Shown: piece by piece, positions 18,229 through 27,248 of the stretch
How positions within the stretch are numbered: position 1 is the first letter of the stretch
Layout of the letters: every line of letters begins with the position of its first letter
Source: an uncultured Peptococcaceae bacterium
GTDB taxonomy: Bacteria; Bacillota; Peptococcia; Peptococcales; Peptococcaceae
NCBI GenBank assembly: GCA_958451915.1
Contig: CAUDRX010000001.1
Coordinates: forward strand, 31,381 to 95,380
Reading direction: 5' to 3'
DNA: 64,000 bases
Translations under genes and position numbers: made by a program
The notes under the pieces: model-generated
The model's database searches: none
Seen by the model: the letters and a program-made list of their open reading frames with translations, nothing else
What the model was told of the DNA's origin: nothing

Positions 18229-19755
18229 TTGAAGATCTTGTTGGAAGAACGTCTCTGTGAGGAGGCGATGGCGCTTTTGGCGACGAGCGGCGCAGACCTC
18301 GAAGTGGATGCGCAGCTTGCAGGTGCGGCGGATGCTGAAGCCGTGATCACAAACAGCGCGGCCCTTGCAGATACAGCTTTTGCAGAAACGTCACGTTTGC
18401 GCGTCTGGGCGCAGCTGGGTCCGGCGAGCGTGCCGGAAGAACAGGCGCGGTCCACGCGTGCAGGCATCGCTGTGCTGCGGCCGAGTGTGGGGGAGGCGGC
18501 ATCCGCCGCCGACTACGCGATGTATCTCCTGCTGGAGATGGCGCGCACGCCAAAGGACGGCACAGCACTGGAGCTCCGGGAAAAGACCCTCGGCTTTGTC
18601 GGTTTTCCGCCGCTGGCGGCAGAGATCGCCAAGAGAGCAGCAGGCTTTGGTATGCACCTTCGCTGCTACGATCCGGACCTGAACCGCGGCCGCGCGATGC
18701 TCGTTCACTGTGAGGCGACGCCGCTGGTGGATCTTTTCGTGCAGAGTGACTTTGTGATGCTGCTGTCGCCGCTGGCGCCATGGAGCGAAGGGCTCGTTGG
18801 AAAAGACGAGATCCAGCTCCTGCATAAGGATGCCGGTCTCATCGCCCTCACCGATCCGCGCATCTTCCGCTGGGAAGAGCTGGTGCGCGCGCTGGACTGG
18901 GGCTATCTCACCGCATTTGCCATCGATCTGCCGAAGGCTGATGCGGCGCTTGCAGCAAGTGTGGCGCCGTATTGCAGGGTCACGGTCGGCGAAGCCTCCA
19001 ACACCCGCGAGGCGCGTCTTGCCAGCCAGATCGAAATGGCCCGCGATGTGACCGCTGCCCTGGCTGGACGTCAGGTGGAAACAGCGGTCAACGTGCCGCG
19101 CGTGCACACCGCCAATCTCAAGGAAGGCCGCGCCTGGTGTGAACTGGCACGACTTTTGGGCATCTTCATGGGCCAGCGTCTGCACGCACTGCCGGAGGCG
19201 CTCACCCTGTCCCTTGCCGGCGCCGTGCCTGTTGCTGAAGAAGAGCCGCTGGCTGCTCTTGCCCTGGCGGGGTTTGCCGAAGGTTTCGGCGAAGAAAGGG
19301 TGAATCCCGTCAACAGCCGGCTCTGGGCCGAAGAACGTGGCCTTGACGTGCGCTTTGAGCGTGCGCCGGGTGCCAGCCGCCCGCGCCTGCGTCTGGCCGT
19401 GGAAACGCCCGAGGGGCTGCGTCAGGTCGCCGGAGACCGTGCCGGCGGTGCGGATAACATCGTTCAGGTCGACGATTATCACCTTGCCGGACATCCCCAT
19501 GCGCACATCCTGCTCGTGCCCCATCTCAACCGCCCTGGCGTCATCGGCCAGGTAGGCACGCACCTGGGTGCGCAGGACGTCAATATCGCCGAGATGGTCC
19601 TCGGCTACAAGCCGGAAGACCGCTCGACCGCCCTCATGTGGATGCAGCTCGACCAGCCTGTCGACCGCGCCATCCGCGAAGCGCGCCACTCACTTACCAG
19701 TGTGCTGGACATTGAATACATCCATCTGCCTATTAAGGAAACCCTATCATTATAG
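18229..19755 (+). CDS. D-3-phosphoglycerate dehydrogenase (SerA)-like protein with ASB and ACT domains; catalytic motifs degenerate
   Basis: TTG start 8 nt after GGGAGG. Collinear with long-form SerA. The ACT region HILLVPHLNRPGVIGQVGTHLGAQDVNIAEM is conserved, but GxGxxG reads GFVGFPPLA and the catalytic His position reads TVGEAS. Confidence 0.8.
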   Translation: MKILLEERLCEEAMALLATSGADLEVDAQLAGAADAEAVITNSAALADTAFAETSRLRVWAQLGPASVPEEQARSTRAGIAVLRPSVGEAASAADYAMYLLLEMARTPKDGTALELREKTLGFVGFPPLAAEIAKRAAGFGMHLRCYDPDLNRGRAMLVHCEATPLVDLFVQSDFVMLLSPLAPWSEGLVGKDEIQLLHKDAGLIALTDPRIFRWEELVRALDWGYLTAFAIDLPKADAALAASVAPYCRVTVGEASNTREARLASQIEMARDVTAALAGRQVETAVNVPRVHTANLKEGRAWCELARLLGIFMGQRLHALPEALTLSLAGAVPVAEEEPLAALALAGFAEGFGEERVNPVNSRLWAEERGLDVRFERAPGASRPRLRLAVETPEGLRQVAGDRAGGADNIVQVDDYHLAGHPHAHILLVPHLNRPGVIGQVGTHLGAQDVNIAEMVLGYKPEDRSTALMWMQLDQPVDRAIREARHSLTSVLDIEYIHLPIKETLSL

Positions 19756-19783
19756 AAAGAACAAAAATTAGGAGGAATCATCT

Positions 19784-21049
19784 ATGTTAGACATCAAACT
19801 TATGCGCAAAGAGCCGGAACGCGTCGCCAAAGCTGTTGGCCGCCGCGGCAAAGAGATCGATATGCAGCCATTTTTGACTGCCGACGAAAAACATCGCGAA
19901 GTCATCGCTCAGATCGAAGCCTTGCAGAGCCAGCGCAACGCCAAGAGTAAAGAAGTCGGCATGCGCAAGCGCAACGGCGAGAGCGCAGATGATCTGATGG
20001 CCGAAGTATCTGCCATCAACGAACAGATCAAGGCCCTCGACGCCGACAAAGACGCCCTCGAAAAGGAAGTGCGTGATTTCGTTGTCAGCATCCCTAACAT
20101 GCCAGCCGACGATATCCCGGACGGCGGCGAAGACGACTACCGTGTCGAACGTGTCTGGGGTGAACCACGCCAGTTCAGTTTTGAACCAAAGGCCCATTGG
20201 GATCTCGGCGTTGACCTCGACATCCTCGATTTTGACCGCGCCGCCAAAGTCACCGGCAGCCGTTTCACTTTCTACAAAGGCCTTGCTGCCCGTCTTGAAC
20301 GTGCCCTCGTTTCTTTCATGATCGACATGCACACCGACAAGCACGGCTACACCGAGCTCATCCCACCATACATGACCAACACCGCTTCCGATTTCGGCAC
20401 CGGCCAGCTGCCTAAGTTCGCAGAAGACATGTTCCATCTCGAGAACACCGACTACTACCTCATCCCAACCGCTGAGGTTCCTGTTACCAACTATCATCGT
20501 GACGAGATCCTCTCCGAAAAGGACCTGCCTGTGAAGTATTGTGCCTTCAGCCCATGTTTCCGCAGCGAAGCCGGCAGTGCTGGCCGTGATACCCGCGGCA
20601 TCATCCGTCAGCACGAGTTCCACAAAGTCGAGATGGTCAAGCTCGCCCATCCGGACCACAGCTGGGAAGAGCTGGAAAGCCTCACCCAGAATGCTGAGGA
20701 TATCCTGCAGGCTCTGAATCTCCCATACCGCGTGATCTGCCTCTCCGCTGGCGACATCGGTTTCAGCTCCGCTAAGACTTATGACCTTGAAGTCTGGCTG
20801 CCAAGCTACGGCAAATACCGTGAGATCTCCAGCTGCTCCAACTTCCTCGATTTCCAGAGCCGCCGCGCCAACCTGCGTTTCCGTGATGCCGATGGCAAAG
20901 TGCGTTATGTCCACACATTGAACGGTTCCGGTCTGGCTGTAGGCCGCACTCTGGCAGCCATCCTCGAAAACTACCAGAACGAAGACGGCAGCGTCACCAT
21001 CCCAGAAGCCCTCGTTCCTTACATGCATGGTTACACCGAGATCCGCTAA
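19784..21049 (+). CDS. serS: serine--tRNA ligase
   Basis: [15 protein letters not shown]-terminal coiled-coil arm and class II motifs ([39 protein letters not shown]). Confidence 0.95.
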   Translation: MLDIKLMRKEPERVAKAVGRRGKEIDMQPFLTADEKHREVIAQIEALQSQRNAKSKEVGMRKRNGESADDLMAEVSAINEQIKALDADKDALEKEVRDFVVSIPNMPADDIPDGGEDDYRVERVWGEPRQFSFEPKAHWDLGVDLDILDFDRAAKVTGSRFTFYKGLAARLERALVSFMIDMHTDKHGYTELIPPYMTNTASDFGTGQLPKFAEDMFHLENTDYYLIPTAEVPVTNYHRDEILSEKDLPVKYCAFSPCFRSEAGSAGRDTRGIIRQHEFHKVEMVKLAHPDHSWEELESLTQNAEDILQALNLPYRVICLSAGDIGFSSAKTYDLEVWLPSYGKYREISSCSNFLDFQSRRANLRFRDADGKVRYVHTLNGSGLAVGRTLAAILENYQNEDGSVTIPEALVPYMHGYTEIR

Positions 21050-21061
21050 GGTTGTGCGCCA

Positions 21062-22456
21062 ATGACAAGAGATTTAGATTTTTCACGGATCCACCGGTTC
21101 ATCTTTGATGACCTTCACCTGCTGCTCGACGTTAACAGCGGCTCTGTCCATGTCATCGACGAGACCGCCTGGGCCTTCCTTGATGCCCTCGAACAAGGCC
21201 AGAGCTGGGAGGATGCCATCCGTACCACTGCCGCCGTCTATGGCGAAGAGGATGCCCGCGATGTCGCTGAAGGCGTGAGTGAACTCATAGAGGAAGGGAT
21301 GCTCTTTTCTGACATTGATTTCAGTGAGTTTACCCCACACACTGAACCTATCGTCAAAGCCATGTGCCTGCACATGGCCCACGACTGCAACCTGCGCTGC
21401 GGCTACTGCTTCGCCGACAGCGGCGCCTACGGCGGCGGCCGCTCCCTGATGAGCCTGGAGGTCGCCAAAAAAGCCATCGACTTCCTCATGGAAGCTTCCA
21501 GGCACCGCACCCACGTTGAAGTAGACCTCTTCGGCGGTGAGCCGCTCCTCAACCTCGATGTCTGCAAGGCCGTCGTCGAATATGGCCACCAGCGTGCCGC
21601 TGCGCTCGGCAAAGTGCTCAAAGTCACCCTCACCACCAACGGCGTCCTTCTTGATGACGCTGTCGGCAAATGGGTCAACGACGAGCACATGGACGCCGTT
21701 CTCTCCCTTGACGGCCGCAAAGAGATCCACGACAACATGCGCCGTTTCGTCGGCGGGCAGCCAAGCTACCAGACCTGCGTGGACCACTTCCAGAAGTTTG
21801 TCGCCACCCGCGGCCAGCAGTGGTACTACGTGCGTGGTACATACACCCACTACAACCCGGATTTTGCCGCCGACGTCATCCACATGGCCGATGACCTCGG
21901 CTTTAAGGAGATCAGCATGGAGCCCGTCGTTGCACCGGCCGACATGCCATATGCCCTCACCGAGGACGACAAGCCGATCATCCTTGAAAATTACAACATC
22001 CTCGCCCGCCATTACCTCCAGCGTTGGCGCGAGGGCAAGGGCTACAATTTCTTCCATTTCAATGTCGACTTCGCCGGCGGCCCATGCCTGCCAAAGCGCC
22101 TCTCCGGCTGCGGCAGCGGTCACGACTACCTCGCCGTCAGCCCGGAAGGGGACCTCTATCCTTGCCATCAGTTCGTCGGCGAGGAAGATTACAAGATGGG
22201 CACCGTTTTCACCGGCATCGAACGTCCGGAGATCGCTGAACGCTTCCAGAAAGCCAACGTCCTCACCAAGCCAACCTGCATGGACTGCTGGGCGCGCTTT
22301 TTCTGCAGCGGCGGCTGCCACGCCAACAACATCCGCTACGGTGGTTCCATCAATGAGCCTTACGCTTATGGCTGTGACCTCCAGAAGAAACGCATCGAAG
22401 CGGCCATCTATGTGCAGACCGTGAAGCTTTTAGAGAGCGAAGGGAGCGAAGACTGA
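21062..22456 (+). CDS. radical SAM/SPASM peptide maturase, SCIFF-maturase (CteB) type
   Basis: CLHMAHDCNLRCGYCFA (CxxxCxxC), an N-terminal RRE-like region LLLDVNSGSVHVIDE, and SPASM Cys motifs CGSGHDYLAVSPEGDLYPCHQF and CWARFFCSGGCHANN. Near end-to-end resemblance to C. thermocellum CteB as I recall it. Confidence 0.8.
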   Translation: MTRDLDFSRIHRFIFDDLHLLLDVNSGSVHVIDETAWAFLDALEQGQSWEDAIRTTAAVYGEEDARDVAEGVSELIEEGMLFSDIDFSEFTPHTEPIVKAMCLHMAHDCNLRCGYCFADSGAYGGGRSLMSLEVAKKAIDFLMEASRHRTHVEVDLFGGEPLLNLDVCKAVVEYGHQRAAALGKVLKVTLTTNGVLLDDAVGKWVNDEHMDAVLSLDGRKEIHDNMRRFVGGQPSYQTCVDHFQKFVATRGQQWYYVRGTYTHYNPDFAADVIHMADDLGFKEISMEPVVAPADMPYALTEDDKPIILENYNILARHYLQRWREGKGYNFFHFNVDFAGGPCLPKRLSGCGSGHDYLAVSPEGDLYPCHQFVGEEDYKMGTVFTGIERPEIAERFQKANVLTKPTCMDCWARFFCSGGCHANNIRYGGSINEPYAYGCDLQKKRIEAAIYVQTVKLLESEGSED

Positions 22457-23322
22457 TGCAGCCACTCCTGCCACCATTTGCCGCACCTGCCGATTCGCCG
22501 CGCGTTGCTTTTCAGGGCATCGAAGGTTCCTTCAGTGACGGCGCCTGCATCAAGGTCTTTGGCCCGGATGTGCACCGTAAAGGCATGTCCCACTTTCAGT
22601 ATGTCGTCGATGCCGTCGTCGAAGGTGCGTATGATTATGGCGTCCTGCCAATCGAGAATTCTTCCACCGGCAGCATCAACGACGTCTATGACCTGCTCAA
22701 CACCAAACCCTGCTATATCGTCGCTGAGACCGCCCTCGAGATCACCCAGAACCTGCTGGCCGTTCCCGGTACCAGACTTGAAGACATCAAGTATGTCTAT
22801 TCCCATCCTCAGGGCCTCGGTCAGAGTCAGCGCTTTCTCATGAAGCACGGCATTGAGCCCCGCCCATACGCCGACACCGCCATGAGCGCCCGCTACATTG
22901 CAGAGACCCGTCCCGCCGACGGCGCCGCCATCGCTTCCCAGCAGGCAGCCGAAGTCTACGGGTTGGAGATCATCGTGCCGCATGTCAATTTCAACTACTC
23001 CAATATCACCCGTTTTGTCGTCATCCGCAACCAGCCGGAGTGGCATGAAGGCCAGAACAAGGTCAGCATCGTTTTCAAGACGCCGCATCGCCCGGGGGCG
23101 CTCTTTGAAGCCCTGCGCTTCTTCGCAGACGGCCACTATGACATGAGCCGCATCGAATCGCGTCCTGTCATCGGTAAGCCCTGGGAATACAGCTTCTACG
23201 TCGACCTTCTCGGCCGCTGGGACGATGAGGCTTTCGTCGAGTGCCTGCGCCAGGTGCGCGAGACCACCGTCGATTTCCGTGTTCTTGGCACTTACCAGGC
23301 GGCAGAACAGAACATTCTTTGA
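22456..23322 (+). CDS. pheA: prephenate dehydratase (PDT plus ACT domains)
   Basis: VAFQGIEGSFSDGAC, ENSSTGSINDVYDLL and ESRPVIGKPWEYSFYVD motifs. The start overlaps the preceding stop (TGATG). Confidence 0.9.
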   Translation: MQPLLPPFAAPADSPRVAFQGIEGSFSDGACIKVFGPDVHRKGMSHFQYVVDAVVEGAYDYGVLPIENSSTGSINDVYDLLNTKPCYIVAETALEITQNLLAVPGTRLEDIKYVYSHPQGLGQSQRFLMKHGIEPRPYADTAMSARYIAETRPADGAAIASQQAAEVYGLEIIVPHVNFNYSNITRFVVIRNQPEWHEGQNKVSIVFKTPHRPGALFEALRFFADGHYDMSRIESRPVIGKPWEYSFYVDLLGRWDDEAFVECLRQVRETTVDFRVLGTYQAAEQNIL

Positions 23323-23341
23323 ACGAAAGGAGACCTGACCC

Positions 23342-24277
23342 ATGAACGATCTCTTTTCTCAGATCACCGGCGTTGCCGAGGTGCGTTTTGACGAGCCCCT
23401 CGCCCGTCACACCACCTTTGGGATCGGCGGTCCTGCCGATGTCATGGTCTTTCCGGAGACCCCAGCGGCCCTCGCTGAAGTCGTGCGTACCGCCCGCGAG
23501 AACGGCCTCGACTGGCTCGTGCTCGGGCGTGGCAGCAACATGCTCGTCGCCGACAGCGGCATCCGTGGTGTCGTTATTGCCACCGAGCGCCTCCAGACCC
23601 TCCGCGTCGAAGCGAGCCGCGTCACCGCAAGCTGCGGCTGGTCCCTCATCAACGTCAGCAAAGCCACAGCCGAGCTCGGTCTCAGCGGTCTTGAATTTGC
23701 CAGCGGCATTCCCGGCAGCATCGGCGGTGCAGCCTACATGAACGCCGGCGCCTATGATGGTGAGATGAAGGACGTCATCACGAGCGTCACCGTTCTGGAC
23801 GAGAACGGCGCTGTCCGGGAGATCCCGGCCAGCGAGATGCGTTTCAGCTATCGCCACAGCCGTCTCAAGGACGAACCCCTCATCTGTCTCGCTGTGACCA
23901 TGCAGCTCGCGTTCGCCGACAAGCGCGAGATCCTCGACAAGATCCGCGACCTCACCGAGCGCCGCACCAGCCGCCAGCCGCTTGAGCTTGCAAGTGCCGG
24001 CTCCACCTTCAAGCGGCCCGCCGGTCACTACGCCGGCCCTCTCATCATCGAGGCCGGCCTCCAGGGCCACCAGATCGGCGGCGCTCAGGTCTCGACCAAG
24101 CACGCCGGCTTCGTCGTCAACACCGGCGGCGCCACCGCCGATGACGTCATCCGGCTCATCCACCACATCCAGCAGACCGTCCTCGACAAGGACCACGTCC
24201 GCCTCGAGACCGAAGTCCGCTTCATCGGCGACTGGGCCGATCACCCCCTCTACCCAGCGATCATGAAAGCCGAATAA
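23342..24277 (+). CDS. murB: UDP-N-acetylenolpyruvoylglucosamine reductase
   Basis: LARHTTFGIGGPADVMVFP, GRGSNMLVAD and AGSTFKRP motifs. Confidence 0.93.
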   Translation: MNDLFSQITGVAEVRFDEPLARHTTFGIGGPADVMVFPETPAALAEVVRTARENGLDWLVLGRGSNMLVADSGIRGVVIATERLQTLRVEASRVTASCGWSLINVSKATAELGLSGLEFASGIPGSIGGAAYMNAGAYDGEMKDVITSVTVLDENGAVREIPASEMRFSYRHSRLKDEPLICLAVTMQLAFADKREILDKIRDLTERRTSRQPLELASAGSTFKRPAGHYAGPLIIEAGLQGHQIGGAQVSTKHAGFVVNTGGATADDVIRLIHHIQQTVLDKDHVRLETEVRFIGDWADHPLYPAIMKAE

Positions 24278-24288
24278 GGAAACAAATA

Positions 24289-24334
24289 AACCTCTCTGAC
24301 CGTCCCAAATGGGATGGATGCAGAGAGGTTTTTG
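24289..24334 (+). terminator. intrinsic terminator after murB
   Basis: AACCTCTCTG..CAGAGAGGTTTTT with an inner helix CGTCCCA-aat-GGGATGG. Confidence 0.75.
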
Positions 24335-24368
24335 CGTTTGTGGGAGGATGAAAAGTATTGTATATCTC

Positions 24369-24397
24369 TTGAAATACGCCCTTTATCACTATATAAT
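24369..24397 (+). promoter_or_regulatory. sigma-70-type promoter of the regulator-kinase operon
   Basis: TTGAAA (24369-24374), 17 nt, TATAAT (24392-24397). Confidence 0.6.
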
Positions 24398-24455
24398 GAT
24401 ATCAAACACAAACCTTTGATGGCGCATCAGTGTAAATAAAAAGGGGGGGATCGCC

Positions 24456-25181
24456 ATGAAGATCGCGATCTGCGATGATGAGATCCTATATTGCGAGGCC
24501 ATGGAGACGATGCTCCATGCTCACGGCATCGAGCCGGATGTCTATCATTCCGGCAAAGACCTGCTTCATGCCTGCCTGGAGCAAGGGCGGCGCTATGACG
24601 GCGTCTTTCTCGACATGGAGATGGACGGACTGAACGGCTTTGAGACGGCAAATGCCCTGCATGCCCATGACCCACATATGCAGATCGTCTTTGTCACCAG
24701 CCACGAAAAATACATGATCGATAGTTTTCGTTGTGATCCGCTGCGTTTCATCGTCAAGAACAGGGACGGTGCACTTGTGCCAGAGGCACGTTTTGAAGAA
24801 GCCCTCGAGGCTATTGGCGCCGTCACCGCCGTGAAGCGCCAGGCCATCCACCTGACGGTCGATCGCGGCGATGAAGTCCTGCTCTACGACGATGAGATCG
24901 CCTATTGCGAGAGCAGAGGTCACAACATTCTATTTTACTGCACCGACGGGCAGATGTATAGCTGGCGTGGTACCATGGCCCAGCTGCTCAACAAGCTCCC
25001 GCCAGACTATTTCGTGCAATGCCACCGATCTTTCGTCGTAAATCTTGCCCATGTATGTAAGGTCAGCGAGAAAAATGGTGAGATTTCTCTTGCCACTGGG
25101 GTAGTACCGATAGGGCCGTCGTTTAAGGCGGATTTTCTTGTTGCTCGGATTCGTTTTATGAAAGAGAGATTGCATGTATGA
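24456..25181 (+). CDS. LytTR-family response regulator (AgrA-like)
   Basis: REC domain MKIAICDDE..VFLDMEMDGLNGFE and a C-terminal LytTR domain (YFVQCHRSFVVNLAHV). Confidence 0.9.
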   Translation: MKIAICDDEILYCEAMETMLHAHGIEPDVYHSGKDLLHACLEQGRRYDGVFLDMEMDGLNGFETANALHAHDPHMQIVFVTSHEKYMIDSFRCDPLRFIVKNRDGALVPEARFEEALEAIGAVTAVKRQAIHLTVDRGDEVLLYDDEIAYCESRGHNILFYCTDGQMYSWRGTMAQLLNKLPPDYFVQCHRSFVVNLAHVCKVSEKNGEISLATGVVPIGPSFKADFLVARIRFMKERLHV

Positions 25182-26467
25182 GTGCATATGAATTTGCTGA
25201 TCTTATCACACCGCTCGTTGAGGCGGTAATGTTCTTTATGTTGTTCGAAGCCTTTCTATCGCGGCGGAAGAAGCTGAAAACCTGGCACTATATCGTGGGC
25301 ATGATTGCGCTGGCTGGGATGATCAGTATTTGTAATAGAGTGTTCAGTTATACCTTTTTGAATATTCTTGGCTTGGTCCTATCAGCTTTTCTTCTGTCTT
25401 TCCTGTATCGAGGGGAATTCGGGTTTCGCTTGATCGCCAGTGTTTCTGGTATCCTGATCAGTGGCGTTTTAGAGATCTTTGTGATGTATCTGATCACGGT
25501 CATATTTGACATATCTGTTAGCGAAGCGATTTATGATCAAGAATATCGCTTACTGGGGATCATAGGGTCAAAAATAAGTGGATTGGCCTGTTGTAATGCC
25601 ATCCGGATAAAGAGTTCTGTGAAAAAGCTGTCTCAAAGCAACACCTATTGGCTTCTATTTTTCTTGCTGTTCTTGTCAAGCTTACTAACAATATCGTTGC
25701 TCTTTATTATGAGTTACGAGATCAATGATGAACGTTATAATAGCATTGCGGTACTTTGTGCGATGGGGCTGCTTTTCAGCACTTTCTTTGCGCTCTATAT
25801 CTATGAAAGGATCGTAAAACAAAGCGAAGCGATACGTAGTCAGGAACAGTATGAACAGCATTTAAGATCCCAGCTCAAGCATCTGGACGACATCATTGCC
25901 GGACAAAATGAATTGCGCCGGTTCAAGCATGATCTTTCCAATCAGCTGGCGGTCGTTCGTGGTTACTTTGAGCGTCAGGACAATGAAGCCGGAGAGCGTT
26001 ATCTGGATGAGTTGGATCAACGCTTTTTAAAAGGGCATGCTGTCGTCAATACAGGAAATACGGCTTTGGATGCGATCATCAGCACCAAGCAGGCATTGGC
26101 TGAGAGCAAAGGCATTGTTTTTCAGATGACCATCCAGATCGCCGAGCATTTTCCGATCGAGCCCGTTGATGCCTGCATGATCTTTGGCAATGCGCTCGAC
26201 AATGCCATCGAAGCCTGTGAACGGCTGGACGGCGGAGAGAAGCATATCACCCTCACCCTCATCCAGCAGGACGAGACCCTCTTCTGCAAGATCGTCAACA
26301 GCGCCCCGCCCGGCCAGCATCACGACCTTCAGACCAGCAAGCGTGACAAAGACGCGCATGGCCTGGGCCTGTTGAACATTAAGGACGCCCTGGCGCGCTA
26401 TGACAGTGGCGCTGTGATAGAATGGGAAAACGGTATTTTCTCATTGTCTTTTCTGATCGATCTATAA
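25178..26467 (+). CDS. AgrC-like sensor histidine kinase (multi-TM sensor plus GHKL ATPase)
   Basis: 6-7 N-terminal TM helices; H-box RFKHDLSNQLAVV; N-box FGNALDNAIEA; G-box HGLGLLN. 4-nt overlap with the regulator gene. Confidence 0.88.
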   Translation: MSAYEFADLITPLVEAVMFFMLFEAFLSRRKKLKTWHYIVGMIALAGMISICNRVFSYTFLNILGLVLSAFLLSFLYRGEFGFRLIASVSGILISGVLEIFVMYLITVIFDISVSEAIYDQEYRLLGIIGSKISGLACCNAIRIKSSVKKLSQSNTYWLLFFLLFLSSLLTISLLFIMSYEINDERYNSIAVLCAMGLLFSTFFALYIYERIVKQSEAIRSQEQYEQHLRSQLKHLDDIIAGQNELRRFKHDLSNQLAVVRGYFERQDNEAGERYLDELDQRFLKGHAVVNTGNTALDAIISTKQALAESKGIVFQMTIQIAEHFPIEPVDACMIFGNALDNAIEACERLDGGEKHITLTLIQQDETLFCKIVNSAPPGQHHDLQTSKRDKDAHGLGLLNIKDALARYDSGAVIEWENGIFSLSFLIDL

Positions 26468-26551
26468 CAAACCAGACAGTGTACGGAACATCGTATTATC
26501 ATTGCGATGATCTGTATGCTGTTTTTTTTTGTAAAAATTAAATAAAAGATT

Positions 26552-26616
26552 ATTCGTGTCTCTAACTCGGCTGTTCGTGCCACTTTTCCAGGATCGGCCC
26601 TTTTTTGTGCTATGAT
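26552..26616 (+). promoter_or_regulatory. LytTR-type operator (two direct repeats 21 bp apart) plus extended -10; agrBD promoter
   Basis: ATTCGTGTCTCTAACTCGGCTGTTCGTGCCACTTTTCC, with TTCGTGTC at 26553 and TTCGTGCC at 26574; 25 nt further on is TGcTATGAT (26608-26616). Confidence 0.7.
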
Positions 26617-26640
26617 CTTTGAAAAGAGGAGGTGAAGAAG

Positions 26641-27225
26641 ATGAAGAAAGTGATCGATCATTTTGAGCGACGCATGATCGCGGGCAATGTGATCTCACAG
26701 AATGAAACGGCCGTTGTCCGCTATGGCTTGGAAGTGTTCTTCATCTCGTTTCTTGAACTGGCCGCAATCTTTGTGCTTGCTGCTTTTGTTGGGAATCTAG
26801 CGAGCACTGTATGTTTTTTCTTAGCATTTATCCCACTCAGATTGGTTGCCGGTGGTTATCATGCATCAACACGCCTGAGATGTTTCATCCTCTCATTGGC
26901 TGTATACGGAGTGTTCACTGTGATGATGCAGATGATCCCGACATCATGGTATATAGGAGTGGTTTATAGCTGCCTGATCGTGACAGGTTATATCATATGG
27001 CGATTTTCACCGAGCATTCATCATAACCGTCGATCTATCGATTATGACCGTCAGTTTTATCGTAGGATCAGTTTAAAGATCTGGTTTTTTGAATGCAGCA
27101 TAATAGTCGCTTTGCAGGTATTTTTGCCAATATCTGCTGTCGGGGTGGCAATGGCATTAGGCATGTTCTCTGAAGCATTGGCGCTCCTGGTGGTAGTTTG
27201 GGAGAAATATATATCACCGGTATGA
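26641..27225 (+). CDS. agrB: AgrB-family autoinducer-processing membrane peptidase
   Basis: AGGAGG lies 8 nt before ATG 26641. IPLRLVAGGYHASTRLRCFILS has the His/Cys pair at i/i+7; 4-5 TM helices. Confidence 0.85.
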   Translation: MKKVIDHFERRMIAGNVISQNETAVVRYGLEVFFISFLELAAIFVLAAFVGNLASTVCFFLAFIPLRLVAGGYHASTRLRCFILSLAVYGVFTVMMQMIPTSWYIGVVYSCLIVTGYIIWRFSPSIHHNRRSIDYDRQFYRRISLKIWFFECSIIVALQVFLPISAVGVAMALGMFSEALALLVVVWEKYISPV

Positions 27226-27248
27226 AAAACAGAAGGGAGGAAAGAAAA

